DNA of 64,000 bases from a virus. Under the pieces are notes generated by a model, which was not told where the DNA came from, searched no databases, and saw nothing but the letters and a program-made list of their open reading frames with translations. Made by a program: the position numbers and the translations under genes. Below, piece by piece: positions 9,628 to 17,042 of this stretch (positions are counted from its first letter, which is position 1; every line of letters starts with the position of its first letter). Location: the IMG/VR virus record IMGVR_UViG_3300045988_077137; one strand, given 5' to 3'.

Positions 9628-10168
9628 TATGGGCAAAGAAGAAACTTTAACAGTGCTGAATCTTCAGGCGGAATGCGACCGTTTGAATAAGAAGATTCTC
9701 TTTCTTGAGAAGGAGAACCGTGAACAGCGCAAAGAGTTGTCCGACTATGCCAAGCGAGAAGAACAACTGTTAGGAGAGATTGAAACGCTCGAATCGGAAC
9801 TTCGTGAGATTACCCGTGAACAGCGTCCTAAATATACACCCACGCAACCTGTGGAATCTGTAGAGGATTTTCTTCATCCAAAAGTAGATACTGGAACTGG
9901 GCTGAACCGAGTGGGCAAGAAAGGCTTCGAAGAAAAGTGGGAAGACTTCATGTATGCTTATACAGATGAAATCTTCATTGAGGCTGACCAGCCTGATGTT
10001 CTTTTCTATCGTGACAGTGCCGATAATTGCTTTGTCACCCCAACGGGGAACACTCGGTTGCCTTTCCCTATTCTACAAGAAGACCTCGACCGCTATAATA
10101 TCCTAAAAGTTCGACCATTGACTTGCGAGGAAATGGAGGAAGTGTGCAAAGAGTTCGATTTAACTTAA
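9617..10168 (+). CDS. Coiled-coil hypothetical protein
   Basis: 183 aa with an N-terminal heptad-like region. Contains a partial GLNRVGKKG motif (9896-9925). Confidence 0.5.
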   Translation: MLSNMGKEETLTVLNLQAECDRLNKKILFLEKENREQRKELSDYAKREEQLLGEIETLESELREITREQRPKYTPTQPVESVEDFLHPKVDTGTGLNRVGKKGFEEKWEDFMYAYTDEIFIEADQPDVLFYRDSADNCFVTPTGNTRLPFPILQEDLDRYNILKVRPLTCEEMEEVCKEFDLT

Positions 10169-10180
10169 ATTTCAATTACA

Positions 10181-10444
10181 ATGGTACAAATGAAGCCTTT
10201 TCATTACCTGTACGTCATCATCGGTATGTTGGTGGCTGCGTTCTTTGGAATCTCACTTGATATGGGTATCACGTGTATGATTCCGGTCTCATTCGTTGTC
10301 ATTGGGTTGTTCGCTTACCAGAACATGAAGAAAAATCTTCCTGTCGGACAGGCTATCCTCAACGGAGGTCTTCCACCACTGATAGGCGGTCTTCTCATTT
10401 GGCTATGCTTTCTACTTGGTAACTGGTTCAATGTAGGTGGCTGA
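10181..10444 (+). CDS. Small multi-pass membrane protein (holin-like, speculative)
   Basis: 87 aa with about three hydrophobic segments. First gene of a tightly overlapping three-gene string. Confidence 0.5.
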   Translation: MVQMKPFHYLYVIIGMLVAAFFGISLDMGITCMIPVSFVVIGLFAYQNMKKNLPVGQAILNGGLPPLIGGLLIWLCFLLGNWFNVGG

Positions 10445-10749
10445 TGAAGAAACTGATATTCCTTTTCTTGACATTGCTGATTGTAGGCTGTGCGACAACT
10501 CGGAAGACTGTGTTCTTCGAAAGAGTGACTCCACAGCCTCTTTCAGTAATTGACAGCCTGAACACCGTTCACGGCTTGAGCGTCCCTACGAATTTAGATT
10601 CGTGGGGAAAGACGTACTTCATCGGGAGCGATTCCGTGATGACCACTGTGTATGTCCTTACTGAAAAGAAGGGTAAAGTTCTGTATATCTTTTCAGTCAC
10701 ACAAACGGCTGGAAAGGATAATGTTCTATTCAAATTTAGGCAAGAATGA
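10444..10749 (+). CDS. Lipoprotein
   Basis: 101 aa. MKKLIFLFLTLLIVGC is a signal peptide plus lipobox Cys. The start overlaps the previous stop (ATGA). Confidence 0.6.
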   Translation: MKKLIFLFLTLLIVGCATTRKTVFFERVTPQPLSVIDSLNTVHGLSVPTNLDSWGKTYFIGSDSVMTTVYVLTEKKGKVLYIFSVTQTAGKDNVLFKFRQE

Positions 10750-11327
10750 TAACGAAAGGACTTGGATTTATTGAGAGTGGCGTCAATCCGAATGATGCCA
10801 CTTATGCTGCTCCGAAGATTGAACTTCCGAAGCGGTATGAACTGCGGGAACAACTTCGTGTCTATGACCAAGGCAGTAAAGGAAGTTGCGTGTCCTGTAC
10901 AGTTGCGGAAATGTACAACTTCTATTGCAAATCGAAAGGTCGTGAACCGTCTATCGGCTTTGAATACCTGTACGACCAGCGTTCTGACAAGACTATTGAC
11001 GGAATGATGCCTCGTGAGGCTTTCGAAATTTTGAAAGGTGAACACCGTGTCGAAGTATTCGCCCGTATTGGCTCTCTGGACGCTCTCAAAAAGAGTGTTC
11101 TTACCAATGGGGCAGCACTTATAGCGATGAATGTATTTTCGTATAATGACGACTTTTGGAACGGTGATGAGTTCATGGGTGGTCACGCAGTAGCGGTTGT
11201 TGGCTATGACGAAACAGGTCTCATCATCAAAAACTCCTGGGGAACATCGTTTGGTCGGGGTGGTTACACTACTCTTCCATACAGTCAGTTCAACAAAGTT
11301 CGTGAGGCTTGGACACTTCTGTCTTAA
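10746..11327 (+). CDS. Papain-like cysteine peptidase (C1 family)
   Basis: 193 aa. Catalytic-region motifs are QGSKGSCVSC (Cys), GGHAVAVVGYD (His) and IKNSWGTSFGRGGY (Asn-Ser-Trp-Gly). Confidence 0.8.
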   Translation: MITKGLGFIESGVNPNDATYAAPKIELPKRYELREQLRVYDQGSKGSCVSCTVAEMYNFYCKSKGREPSIGFEYLYDQRSDKTIDGMMPREAFEILKGEHRVEVFARIGSLDALKKSVLTNGAALIAMNVFSYNDDFWNGDEFMGGHAVAVVGYDETGLIIKNSWGTSFGRGGYTTLPYSQFNKVREAWTLLS

Positions 11328-11349
11328 ACCTGTTTCCTCCCTAATCATT

Positions 11350-11385
11350 GAGCACTTCCTCTGGGAGTGCTCTTTGTTTTTCTTC
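11350..11385. terminator. Hairpin terminator between convergent units
   Basis: GAGCACT-9 nt-AGTGCTC (11350-11372) followed by TTTGTTTTTCTT on the plus strand. Confidence 0.6.
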
Positions 11386-11390
11386 GAAAA

Positions 11391-11831
11391 TCAAGAAGCA
11401 GTCTCCCTGTCGCCAGCCTTTAAGTTGGTAGTTGCGTCACCCTTGGAAACATCGTTCACTCTATATCCTGGGTCAGGACTCCAAATTTCTCGAAATTCTT
11501 CTCCACCGCCTAACATAGCACGATACTGCATAGGGGTTCCGGTTGGTGTAGAATTTGAGTTGAATGCGAAATAAGTATTCTCAAACGAACCACTACTCTT
11601 ATACGTGATAGTATATTGAACACCAGCCTGACTTAACGATACCGAAGCGGTTTTTCCGGAAGTCGTTTGAGTATAGGAAACAGTTCCCGACCGTCTATTA
11701 CTTTGATTTGCCGCAGCAGTAATAGAAGAACCATCCGTGTTCTTGCTGAACCCTGTTCCACTAATTGTTGCGCTCCACGATACATTTTCCTGGGTTGATG
11801 TTTCGACTCCGTTTACTCGTGGAAAGAATGG
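11391..11831 (-). other. Start-less alternative C-terminal cassette paralogous to residues ~91 onward of the 12411-13238 gene
   Basis: The frame is open for 146 codons (checked triplet by triplet) with stop TGA at 11391-11393. A TAA lies 5 codons upstream of the inverted repeat, and the only ATGs are near the 3' end. It begins VNGVETSTQENVSWSATISGTGF...SGTVSYTQTTSGKTASVSLSQAG, which parallels the expressed gene. Confidence 0.7.
11782..11815. repeat. Left copy of the perfect 34-bp inverted repeat
   Basis: ACATTTTCCTGGGTTGATGTTTCGACTCCGTTTA is the reverse complement of 12682-12715. Confidence 0.95.
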
Positions 11832-11905
11832 TTAAAGGAATTTTCTGGCGAAAATCAATCGCAAAGCCACTGCGTCCACGTTATACATATATAAATTGAG
11901 AAGTC

Positions 11906-12358
11906 ATGAACAAAGAAGAGAAAAGAAACAAGCAACTTCTCGATATCCTCGAGAAGGACTTCGAGGAACTCTCCCCAGGAGAACTCCAAGTCATTCGTAA
12001 CGAAACTCGGAAGATATACGGTATCGAGGGGAAGATAGGAACAGGCATAATCCTGAATTCCTACTTGAATATGAAGCGAAAGTTCATTACCGAACTTGAA
12101 CAGGTTTTGGTATGCCCGAAAATGGCTGTTAAGGACTTCGGACCATTCGCTGGGCGGCAGGTTGTTACCAGCAAGATACCCGTTCCCACGTTTGACGGTC
12201 TTAACGGGGAGCCTGCAGGCATTTTCTATATTGATGGATACACTTATCTCCCCGTCCTATCTGTATCGTATTTAGACGACCAAACAGAGGTGATTTGCCT
12301 ATCTCCGGAAGGCTCGTTTTGTAGGATAACGACAAAGGATTTTGATTTCGAGATATAA
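11906..12358 (+). CDS. Hypothetical protein (inside the putative invertible segment)
   Basis: 150-aa ORF with no recombinase motifs. Confidence 0.5.
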   Translation: MNKEEKRNKQLLDILEKDFEELSPGELQVIRNETRKIYGIEGKIGTGIILNSYLNMKRKFITELEQVLVCPKMAVKDFGPFAGRQVVTSKIPVPTFDGLNGEPAGIFYIDGYTYLPVLSVSYLDDQTEVICLSPEGSFCRITTKDFDFEI

Positions 12359-12410
12359 ACCGCTAAATTTGCGGTGAAATTTCATTTAGTTATAACTAAT
12401 TTTAAGAATT

Positions 12411-13238
12411 ATGAAGAAAGATTTTATTACAGCAACTCCGGACTCCGGAGGAAGTGGTAGCACAACTGTGACTGTCGCAGCGTCTGCTAACCAGACAGAA
12501 TCCACACGCAGTACGAGCCTTTCAGTCGCTGGTGGCGGGATGACACGTACTGTTGGCGCAAGTCAGGCTGCGGGAGTAGTAACTTGGAACTATTACTTCT
12601 CCGTGACTCCGACATCGCTCAGTTTCGTCGCTGGTGGTGAAACGAAATCCGTTACCGTAACTTCCTACCGAAAGAAAGTTATAAACGGAGTCGAAACATC
12701 AACCCAGGAAAATGTGAATTGGACACCGACTGTTTCGGGTACAGGCTTCTCAGTAAGCGGTTCGAATGTTACGGCAGCAACAAACAGTGCGACGACGACG
12801 CGAAGCGGAACTGCCACCTATACGCAGACTGGTAGTGGAAAGACCCAAGCAGTCTCCCTGTCGCAAGCGGCAGCCAGTGTAACGTATAAGTATCGAATCG
12901 AACCAACCTTAATTACAGTTTCAAACACTACCTATGGCTCTGTCACAAAAACTGTAACAATGTATAAAGAAACCTATATCAATGGAGTAAAACAAAGTGA
13001 AGAGCCTATTCCTTATTCTTTGCTCAAGCAAAATAGCGGATATTCCCCTGTATCTTCTGCCACATATACCAATTCTTGGGGAGGAACTTGGACGATTGAA
13101 AAATCTGGAAATTCTTTAAAGGTAACGACAATTTCAGGAGGAAGCAATTCTTCTGGTGGAATCACTGGGGTAAAGTTAATGCCTGGAACCAGTTATGCTG
13201 GGGCAATAAATACCGATTTAAATTTGGGTCGTCCATAA
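12411..13238 (+). CDS. BACON/Ig-like repeat surface protein, intact paralog (P0)
   Basis: 275 aa. MKKDFITATPDSGGSGSTTVTVAASANQTESTRSTSLSVAGGGMTRTVGASQAAG resembles the C-terminal half of Bacteroidetes BACON domains, and a second similar repeat follows. TAAATTTG -7 box at 12364-12371. Confidence 0.7.
   Translation: MKKDFITATPDSGGSGSTTVTVAASANQTESTRSTSLSVAGGGMTRTVGASQAAGVVTWNYYFSVTPTSLSFVAGGETKSVTVTSYRKKVINGVETSTQENVNWTPTVSGTGFSVSGSNVTAATNSATTTRSGTATYTQTGSGKTQAVSLSQAAASVTYKYRIEPTLITVSNTTYGSVTKTVTMYKETYINGVKQSEEPIPYSLLKQNSGYSPVSSATYTNSWGGTWTIEKSGNSLKVTTISGGSNSSGGITGVKLMPGTSYAGAINTDLNLGRP
12682..12715. repeat. Right copy of the perfect 34-bp inverted repeat
   Basis: TAAACGGAGTCGAAACATCAACCCAGGAAAATGT lies inside the gene, in the same codon phase as the left copy. 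Confidence 0.95.
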
Positions 13239-13250
13239 TTTCAAATAAAA

Positions 13251-13275
13251 AGAGCGGAGTTTTCAGCTCCGCTCT
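13251..13275. terminator. Bidirectional hairpin terminator
   Basis: AGAGCGGAG-7 nt-CTCCGCTCT between convergent genes, with an A-run before it. Confidence 0.6.
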
Positions 13276-13325
13276 TCCCTGTCGTCAAACAATAAATCAA
13301 AATATGAAAACACAACAAAGAGAAT

Positions 13326-13601
13326 TCATTTTCCTCTGATGATAGTAGTATAACGGTCATAGATGGCATCCCAGTTCTTTTCGACAAGTTTGCATTTCTG
13401 TGTGAAAGACTTATCGTTGAAAGTGTTGATGTTTTGAAAGACTCCGGCTTTCAGTTCCGGATGCCACATCTTTAGGAAGATACCCTGTTCACTGATGAAG
13501 CCTATTTCCTCACCCTTGTAAACTAACTGTGCATATTCTGACGTGGGCATTCCGGCTCCACCCTTTACCGTTACTCGATTTATTTCAATAGGTGCTATCA
13601 T
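13326..13601 (-). CDS. Hypothetical protein
   Basis: 91-aa ORF. Weakly resembles the next ORF (YKGEEIGFI versus YQGERIGSV). Confidence 0.5.
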   Translation of the reverse strand: MIAPIEINRVTVKGGAGMPTSEYAQLVYKGEEIGFISEQGIFLKMWHPELKAGVFQNINTFNDKSFTQKCKLVEKNWDAIYDRYTTIIRGK

Positions 13602-13888
13602 GATTCCTTTTCTTTAAGTTGTGATTTGATTCGAAGATTGTAGTTATCCCATATCCATTGAGCGTGTTCCTTGACCCAGTTTACTGCATACCTGTGGTCT
13701 TGGGGTTCTTTTAGTCTCAAATAAACAGGTTTGGGGTCGCATATCAGTAATATACGAGTGTTCCCCTCAACCGAGCCTATACGTTCGCCCTGATAGTAAA
13801 TTGACGAGGTTTGAACGTCACCACCCGCACGTGCCAACTTTGACGGCTTCGGGTTCTTCTTTGATGTGAATTTTATCTTCTTTGCCAT
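13598..13888 (-). CDS. Hypothetical protein
   Basis: 96-aa ORF with a 4-nt overlap with the downstream ORF. Confidence 0.5.
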   Translation of the reverse strand: MAKKIKFTSKKNPKPSKLARAGGDVQTSSIYYQGERIGSVEGNTRILLICDPKPVYLRLKEPQDHRYAVNWVKEHAQWIWDNYNLRIKSQLKEKES

Positions 13889-13900
13889 AGTCCTAACTTA

Positions 13901-14203
13901 TTAATCGATGTACGATAAATATCTTTTGCAATCAGATTTAAGAACTTTCTTATTCAAACAGTATGTTCCATTGTAACGGTTCAACGGGAGTAGCCCACCA
14001 GATGCTATCTTGAAGTCGAGGTCAGATAGAGGCTCGTTGAATGTTCCGTTGACAACGCAGTAAAGTTCAGGATTGCAACAGTCATCAGATGTAGCATTAC
14101 GAACTTGGTATCTTTGATTACAGATAAACATAACATTTGATTCGTCATTGCATACTGTTAAGTAGTATTCTTTTCCGTCTAATTTTGAAATAACCTTTTT
14201 CAT
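13901..14203 (-). CDS. Hypothetical Cys-rich protein
   Basis: 100-aa ORF directly downstream of promoter cassette A. Confidence 0.5.
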   Translation of the reverse strand: MKKVISKLDGKEYYLTVCNDESNVMFICNQRYQVRNATSDDCCNPELYCVVNGTFNEPLSDLDFKIASGGLLPLNRYNGTYCLNKKVLKSDCKRYLSYID

Positions 14204-14220
14204 ATTTCTTGGTGTTTTAA

Positions 14221-14300
14221 GTTTGACAGTACAAAGATAATGGGAAGAAATGAGATTACAAAGAAAATCCCGGAATTTCTTCCGGGATTCTCAAAGATTT
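14221..14300 (-). promoter_or_regulatory. Promoter cassette copy A
   Basis: Minus-strand TATCTTTG -7 box (14232-14239), with a TTTG 19 nt upstream. Palindrome TCCCGGAATTTCTTCCGGGA. Lies 29 nt from ATG 14203. Confidence 0.65.
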
Positions 14301-14314
14301 AACAGAATATCATA

Positions 14315-14828
14315 CTATTTGGACATTCTAACAGCCAATGTTCCGTTGAAGTATAGTTCAACTTTCATAGTTTGTGGTTCATTTGGAAGTTCGTTTTTCC
14401 AATTTTCAAGGATGTTAGGAATCCAAACAAGACCATCCTTTGAAAAGGTATCATCTCCTAAGGATTCTCCAATACCAAACTCATCAAAATACTTTGCCGT
14501 GACGCTTGTAATTACGGAGAATGGATTGAATACCTTTAATTCGAAATGAGTGTCCTGCCATTGAAGAGGGATAACAAATATCCCGTTCTCAACTTTGTAA
14601 CCAGAATTGGCGGAGTCTTCAAAATTACACAGGTTGGATAAGATGTGGTAAACGAAAGCAGGGTCTTGGATAGCAGTTACGGCTCTACTCAGACCCCCCC
14701 CCCTGTGGCGGAGAAATTGATGGTTGTAGAACGTTCTTTTGCAAGAAGATTAGGGTCAGCAACGGCACTTACTGAAGCCGTACCCCCCCCCCAGACTCGG
14801 GAGTGATAGTAAGAAAATCTTTCTTCAT
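14315..14828 (-). CDS. BACON-like family paralog P1, reading frame broken at two G10 runs
   Basis: ATG at 14828 opens MKKDFLTITPES. Adding one G in each run gives GGGGTASVSAVADPNLLAKERSTTINFSATGGGGLSRAVTAIQDPAF... through to TAG at 14315-14317. The 3' frame is open for 144 codons (14318-14749) with no ATG in its first 127 codons. Confidence 0.7.
14694..14703. repeat. C10/G10 homopolymer (second tract of P1)
   Basis: Counted directly. As written the frame reads GTC TGA right after the tract. Confidence 0.95.
14783..14792. repeat. C10/G10 homopolymer (first tract of P1)
   Basis: Counted directly. As written the frame reads GTA CGG CTT CAG TAA after the tract. Confidence 0.95.
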
Positions 14829-14955
14829 AATTTTACTTTTAATGATTGAAACGAAATTATTTATGCTATTGACGTCAATTATAGCCGATTTAGGAAGTTA
14901 TAAGTATGCCCCGAACAAATTGTCCGGAGCACACCTTTGATTGCCGTGTAGAGCC

Positions 14956-16227
14956 TTATAAGATGACCGCAAGGCTTGATACCACGTCATCGAAGTAATC
15001 CATTTGTGTGATACTTGCTTTATCACCGAAATACTTCTTGAGTTTCTGAGCCACATACGCACCAGCCGGAATCATCATGATGGGCGAAGTGATGCGTTCA
15101 GGGTAACGAACGACACACGTATATTCACGACCCTCCTCTTCGTTGACCGTATAGGAAACAAGGAAGTGAGGAGTAGCGAGGTCGGCTGGCTTCATACTCT
15201 GGTCAAGAATGTGAGCCGTCGCTAATTTCTCACCGTTCAAGAAAGACAGGTACTCCCAATAGAGAGGCTCAATCTCACAATTCCCTTTGATGAACTTCTG
15301 AGCCAACGCCATAAGATATTTCACGGCATCTTTGTTGCTCAGTCCTACCGGAATGATGAACTCGTTGATGTACAAGAACGGTTCTTCACGCTTGTCATTT
15401 CTGTCGAGCGGATATACTGCACAGGCTATACGAGCCAGACCAAGTTCCTTCGGGTCAGTATCGTCTTTCACGACACGATATCCCGGAATAGGACAGTCGA
15501 TGAATTCACGGGTGTCCTCAGGATTGTCCGGACTGTCAAGTTCACCGACTGCGCTCAATACCTGTTCACCACGAACCAGAGCCGGAACCCAAGCGGTGCG
15601 GTCTTCGTTCTCATCGCTGATGCGAGCCCAAATCATTTTCTCCTCAGGAAGTTTTTCCTCGGAGTCAGGCTGAAACAGGTTTCCTTCCGGAGTCTTGACG
15701 TACTGTTCAATCTCCTTGTCGGTCATACCCTGTGGGTCAAGTTCATGAACCAGAGTGATTCCTAACAGTTCCCAGCCCATACCGTCCTTTTCCTTATTCA
15801 TGGCTGCTTTGAAATCGCCAATCAGATTGTCGGTGAGAAGTGCTGGTGCGGGCAAAAGGTAGGATTTTTGAATGATGCGTCGGCTGAACGCTCCAACCTT
15901 TCCGAACTTGCCTTCGTAGATGTAAATCTTTTTCCCTTCAAGAGACTGAGGCTCATAAGCCTGTGCGCTCTTATTGGTAAGTTTCTTCGAACGGCAAGTC
16001 TCGCATTCAGCATCACAAGCAGTTGAGGTGAAGCAATAGTTTGGATACTTGCCGGAGGTTGATACTGCATGAAGCGGTGTGCCCTTTACTTTACCAACTT
16101 CAAGATACGATAGACAGAGGTCGTACATCGTGTCAGCATCGATTTCTTCGGTTATACTAACAGGCATTTTGAATTCTTGAATCTTTCCGTCAGAGTCGGA
16201 ATAGATGAAATTATAAACTACTTTCAT
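14956..16227 (-). CDS. Hypothetical protein
   Basis: 423-aa ORF with no motif recognised. Confidence 0.6.
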   Translation of the reverse strand: MKVVYNFIYSDSDGKIQEFKMPVSITEEIDADTMYDLCLSYLEVGKVKGTPLHAVSTSGKYPNYCFTSTACDAECETCRSKKLTNKSAQAYEPQSLEGKKIYIYEGKFGKVGAFSRRIIQKSYLLPAPALLTDNLIGDFKAAMNKEKDGMGWELLGITLVHELDPQGMTDKEIEQYVKTPEGNLFQPDSEEKLPEEKMIWARISDENEDRTAWVPALVRGEQVLSAVGELDSPDNPEDTREFIDCPIPGYRVVKDDTDPKELGLARIACAVYPLDRNDKREEPFLYINEFIIPVGLSNKDAVKYLMALAQKFIKGNCEIEPLYWEYLSFLNGEKLATAHILDQSMKPADLATPHFLVSYTVNEEEGREYTCVVRYPERITSPIMMIPAGAYVAQKLKKYFGDKASITQMDYFDDVVSSLAVIL

Positions 16228-16248
16228 AAGTCTGAATTATTTAGGTGA

Positions 16249-16650
16249 TTAAATTTGAATTGTGTAAACGGGTGTATCGAACATCGATATCTTTCCCGGA
16301 ACCAACTTCTTCTGTTTTGCATCAGGAGCCTGAAACATTACAGGGGTTGCGTGGTGTTCCGGCACATGCTTGAAACGTTCGAAGTACAGTTCAATCGCAT
16401 TCAGAACGGTGATGGCGGATACCTGTGCCATCTCGGCTTCTTCTTTTGTTCCGTATAAGGAGGAGTAAAGCCTTTCGCCTGTAACTAATAGAATGGAGAA
16501 GCGAAACTTCCCCTTGGGGTTCGTAAGAGCGTTCACTTCGCTCACCTCTTTAATGTTCTCAACTCGGTAGGCTTTCTGAACCTCTACGAGTGATTCCTTT
16601 GAAGGACTGTCCTGTGGGGGAGTAATCCATGATTTGATGAATATCAACAT
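16249..16650 (-). CDS. Hypothetical protein
   Basis: 133-aa ORF. Confidence 0.5.
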   Translation of the reverse strand: MLIFIKSWITPPQDSPSKESLVEVQKAYRVENIKEVSEVNALTNPKGKFRFSILLVTGERLYSSLYGTKEEAEMAQVSAITVLNAIELYFERFKHVPEHHATPVMFQAPDAKQKKLVPGKISMFDTPVYTIQI

Positions 16651-16685
16651 ATCTTTCGATTTAAAATGAATGTACTGAATAAACG

Positions 16686-17042
16686 CTATTCGACTGGACT
16701 TCCATTGGAAATCTCATAAATCGCTCCGTCCACCTGTTTGTAACAGTCAAGATTCTCAGTTACCTGTACCAACGGACACGGCTTATCATTGAAACAAATG
16801 GATTTTGTTGACCAATCCGCAAGGTTTCGAATGAAAATGTAGGCGACCATATCCTTTGAAACATACCACTGAATCTTACAGGTAAACTCTTCAAAGTGAC
16901 GGAAGAAGTGATACCACGTAACGATGTTCCAGAACAGTTCCTCAAGCCCAGCGTCTTTAAAAGACACGTATTGAGCAGCAAAGAGGAGGTGGCTGTAATA
17001 CCACCTCAGGAACCATCCTAATTTATTCCTCTTCTTTATCAT
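16686..17042 (-). CDS. Hypothetical protein
   Basis: 118-aa ORF, rich in aromatic residues. Confidence 0.45.
   Translation of the reverse strand: MIKKRNKLGWFLRWYYSHLLFAAQYVSFKDAGLEELFWNIVTWYHFFRHFEEFTCKIQWYVSKDMVAYIFIRNLADWSTKSICFNDKPCPLVQVTENLDCYKQVDGAIYEISNGSPVE

Noticed and set aside
10569-11348. Listed 259-aa minus-strand ORF
   Set aside because: It is fully antisense to the well-supported C1 peptidase and lipoprotein genes and has no motifs. It is an antisense-frame artefact.
11197-11574. Listed 125-aa plus-strand ORF containing AVSLS
   Set aside because: It overlaps the 3' end of the peptidase gene and the terminator hairpin and runs antisense to the silent cassette. Its product is low-complexity. 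It was only noted because it reads the 18-bp direct repeat in the same frame as the expressed gene.
11391-13238. Diversity-generating retroelement (template/variable repeat pair) as an explanation for the paralogous segments
   Set aside because: There is no reverse transcriptase in the window. The copies are inverted, differences are not restricted to adenine positions, and one copy continues into a completely different C-terminus.
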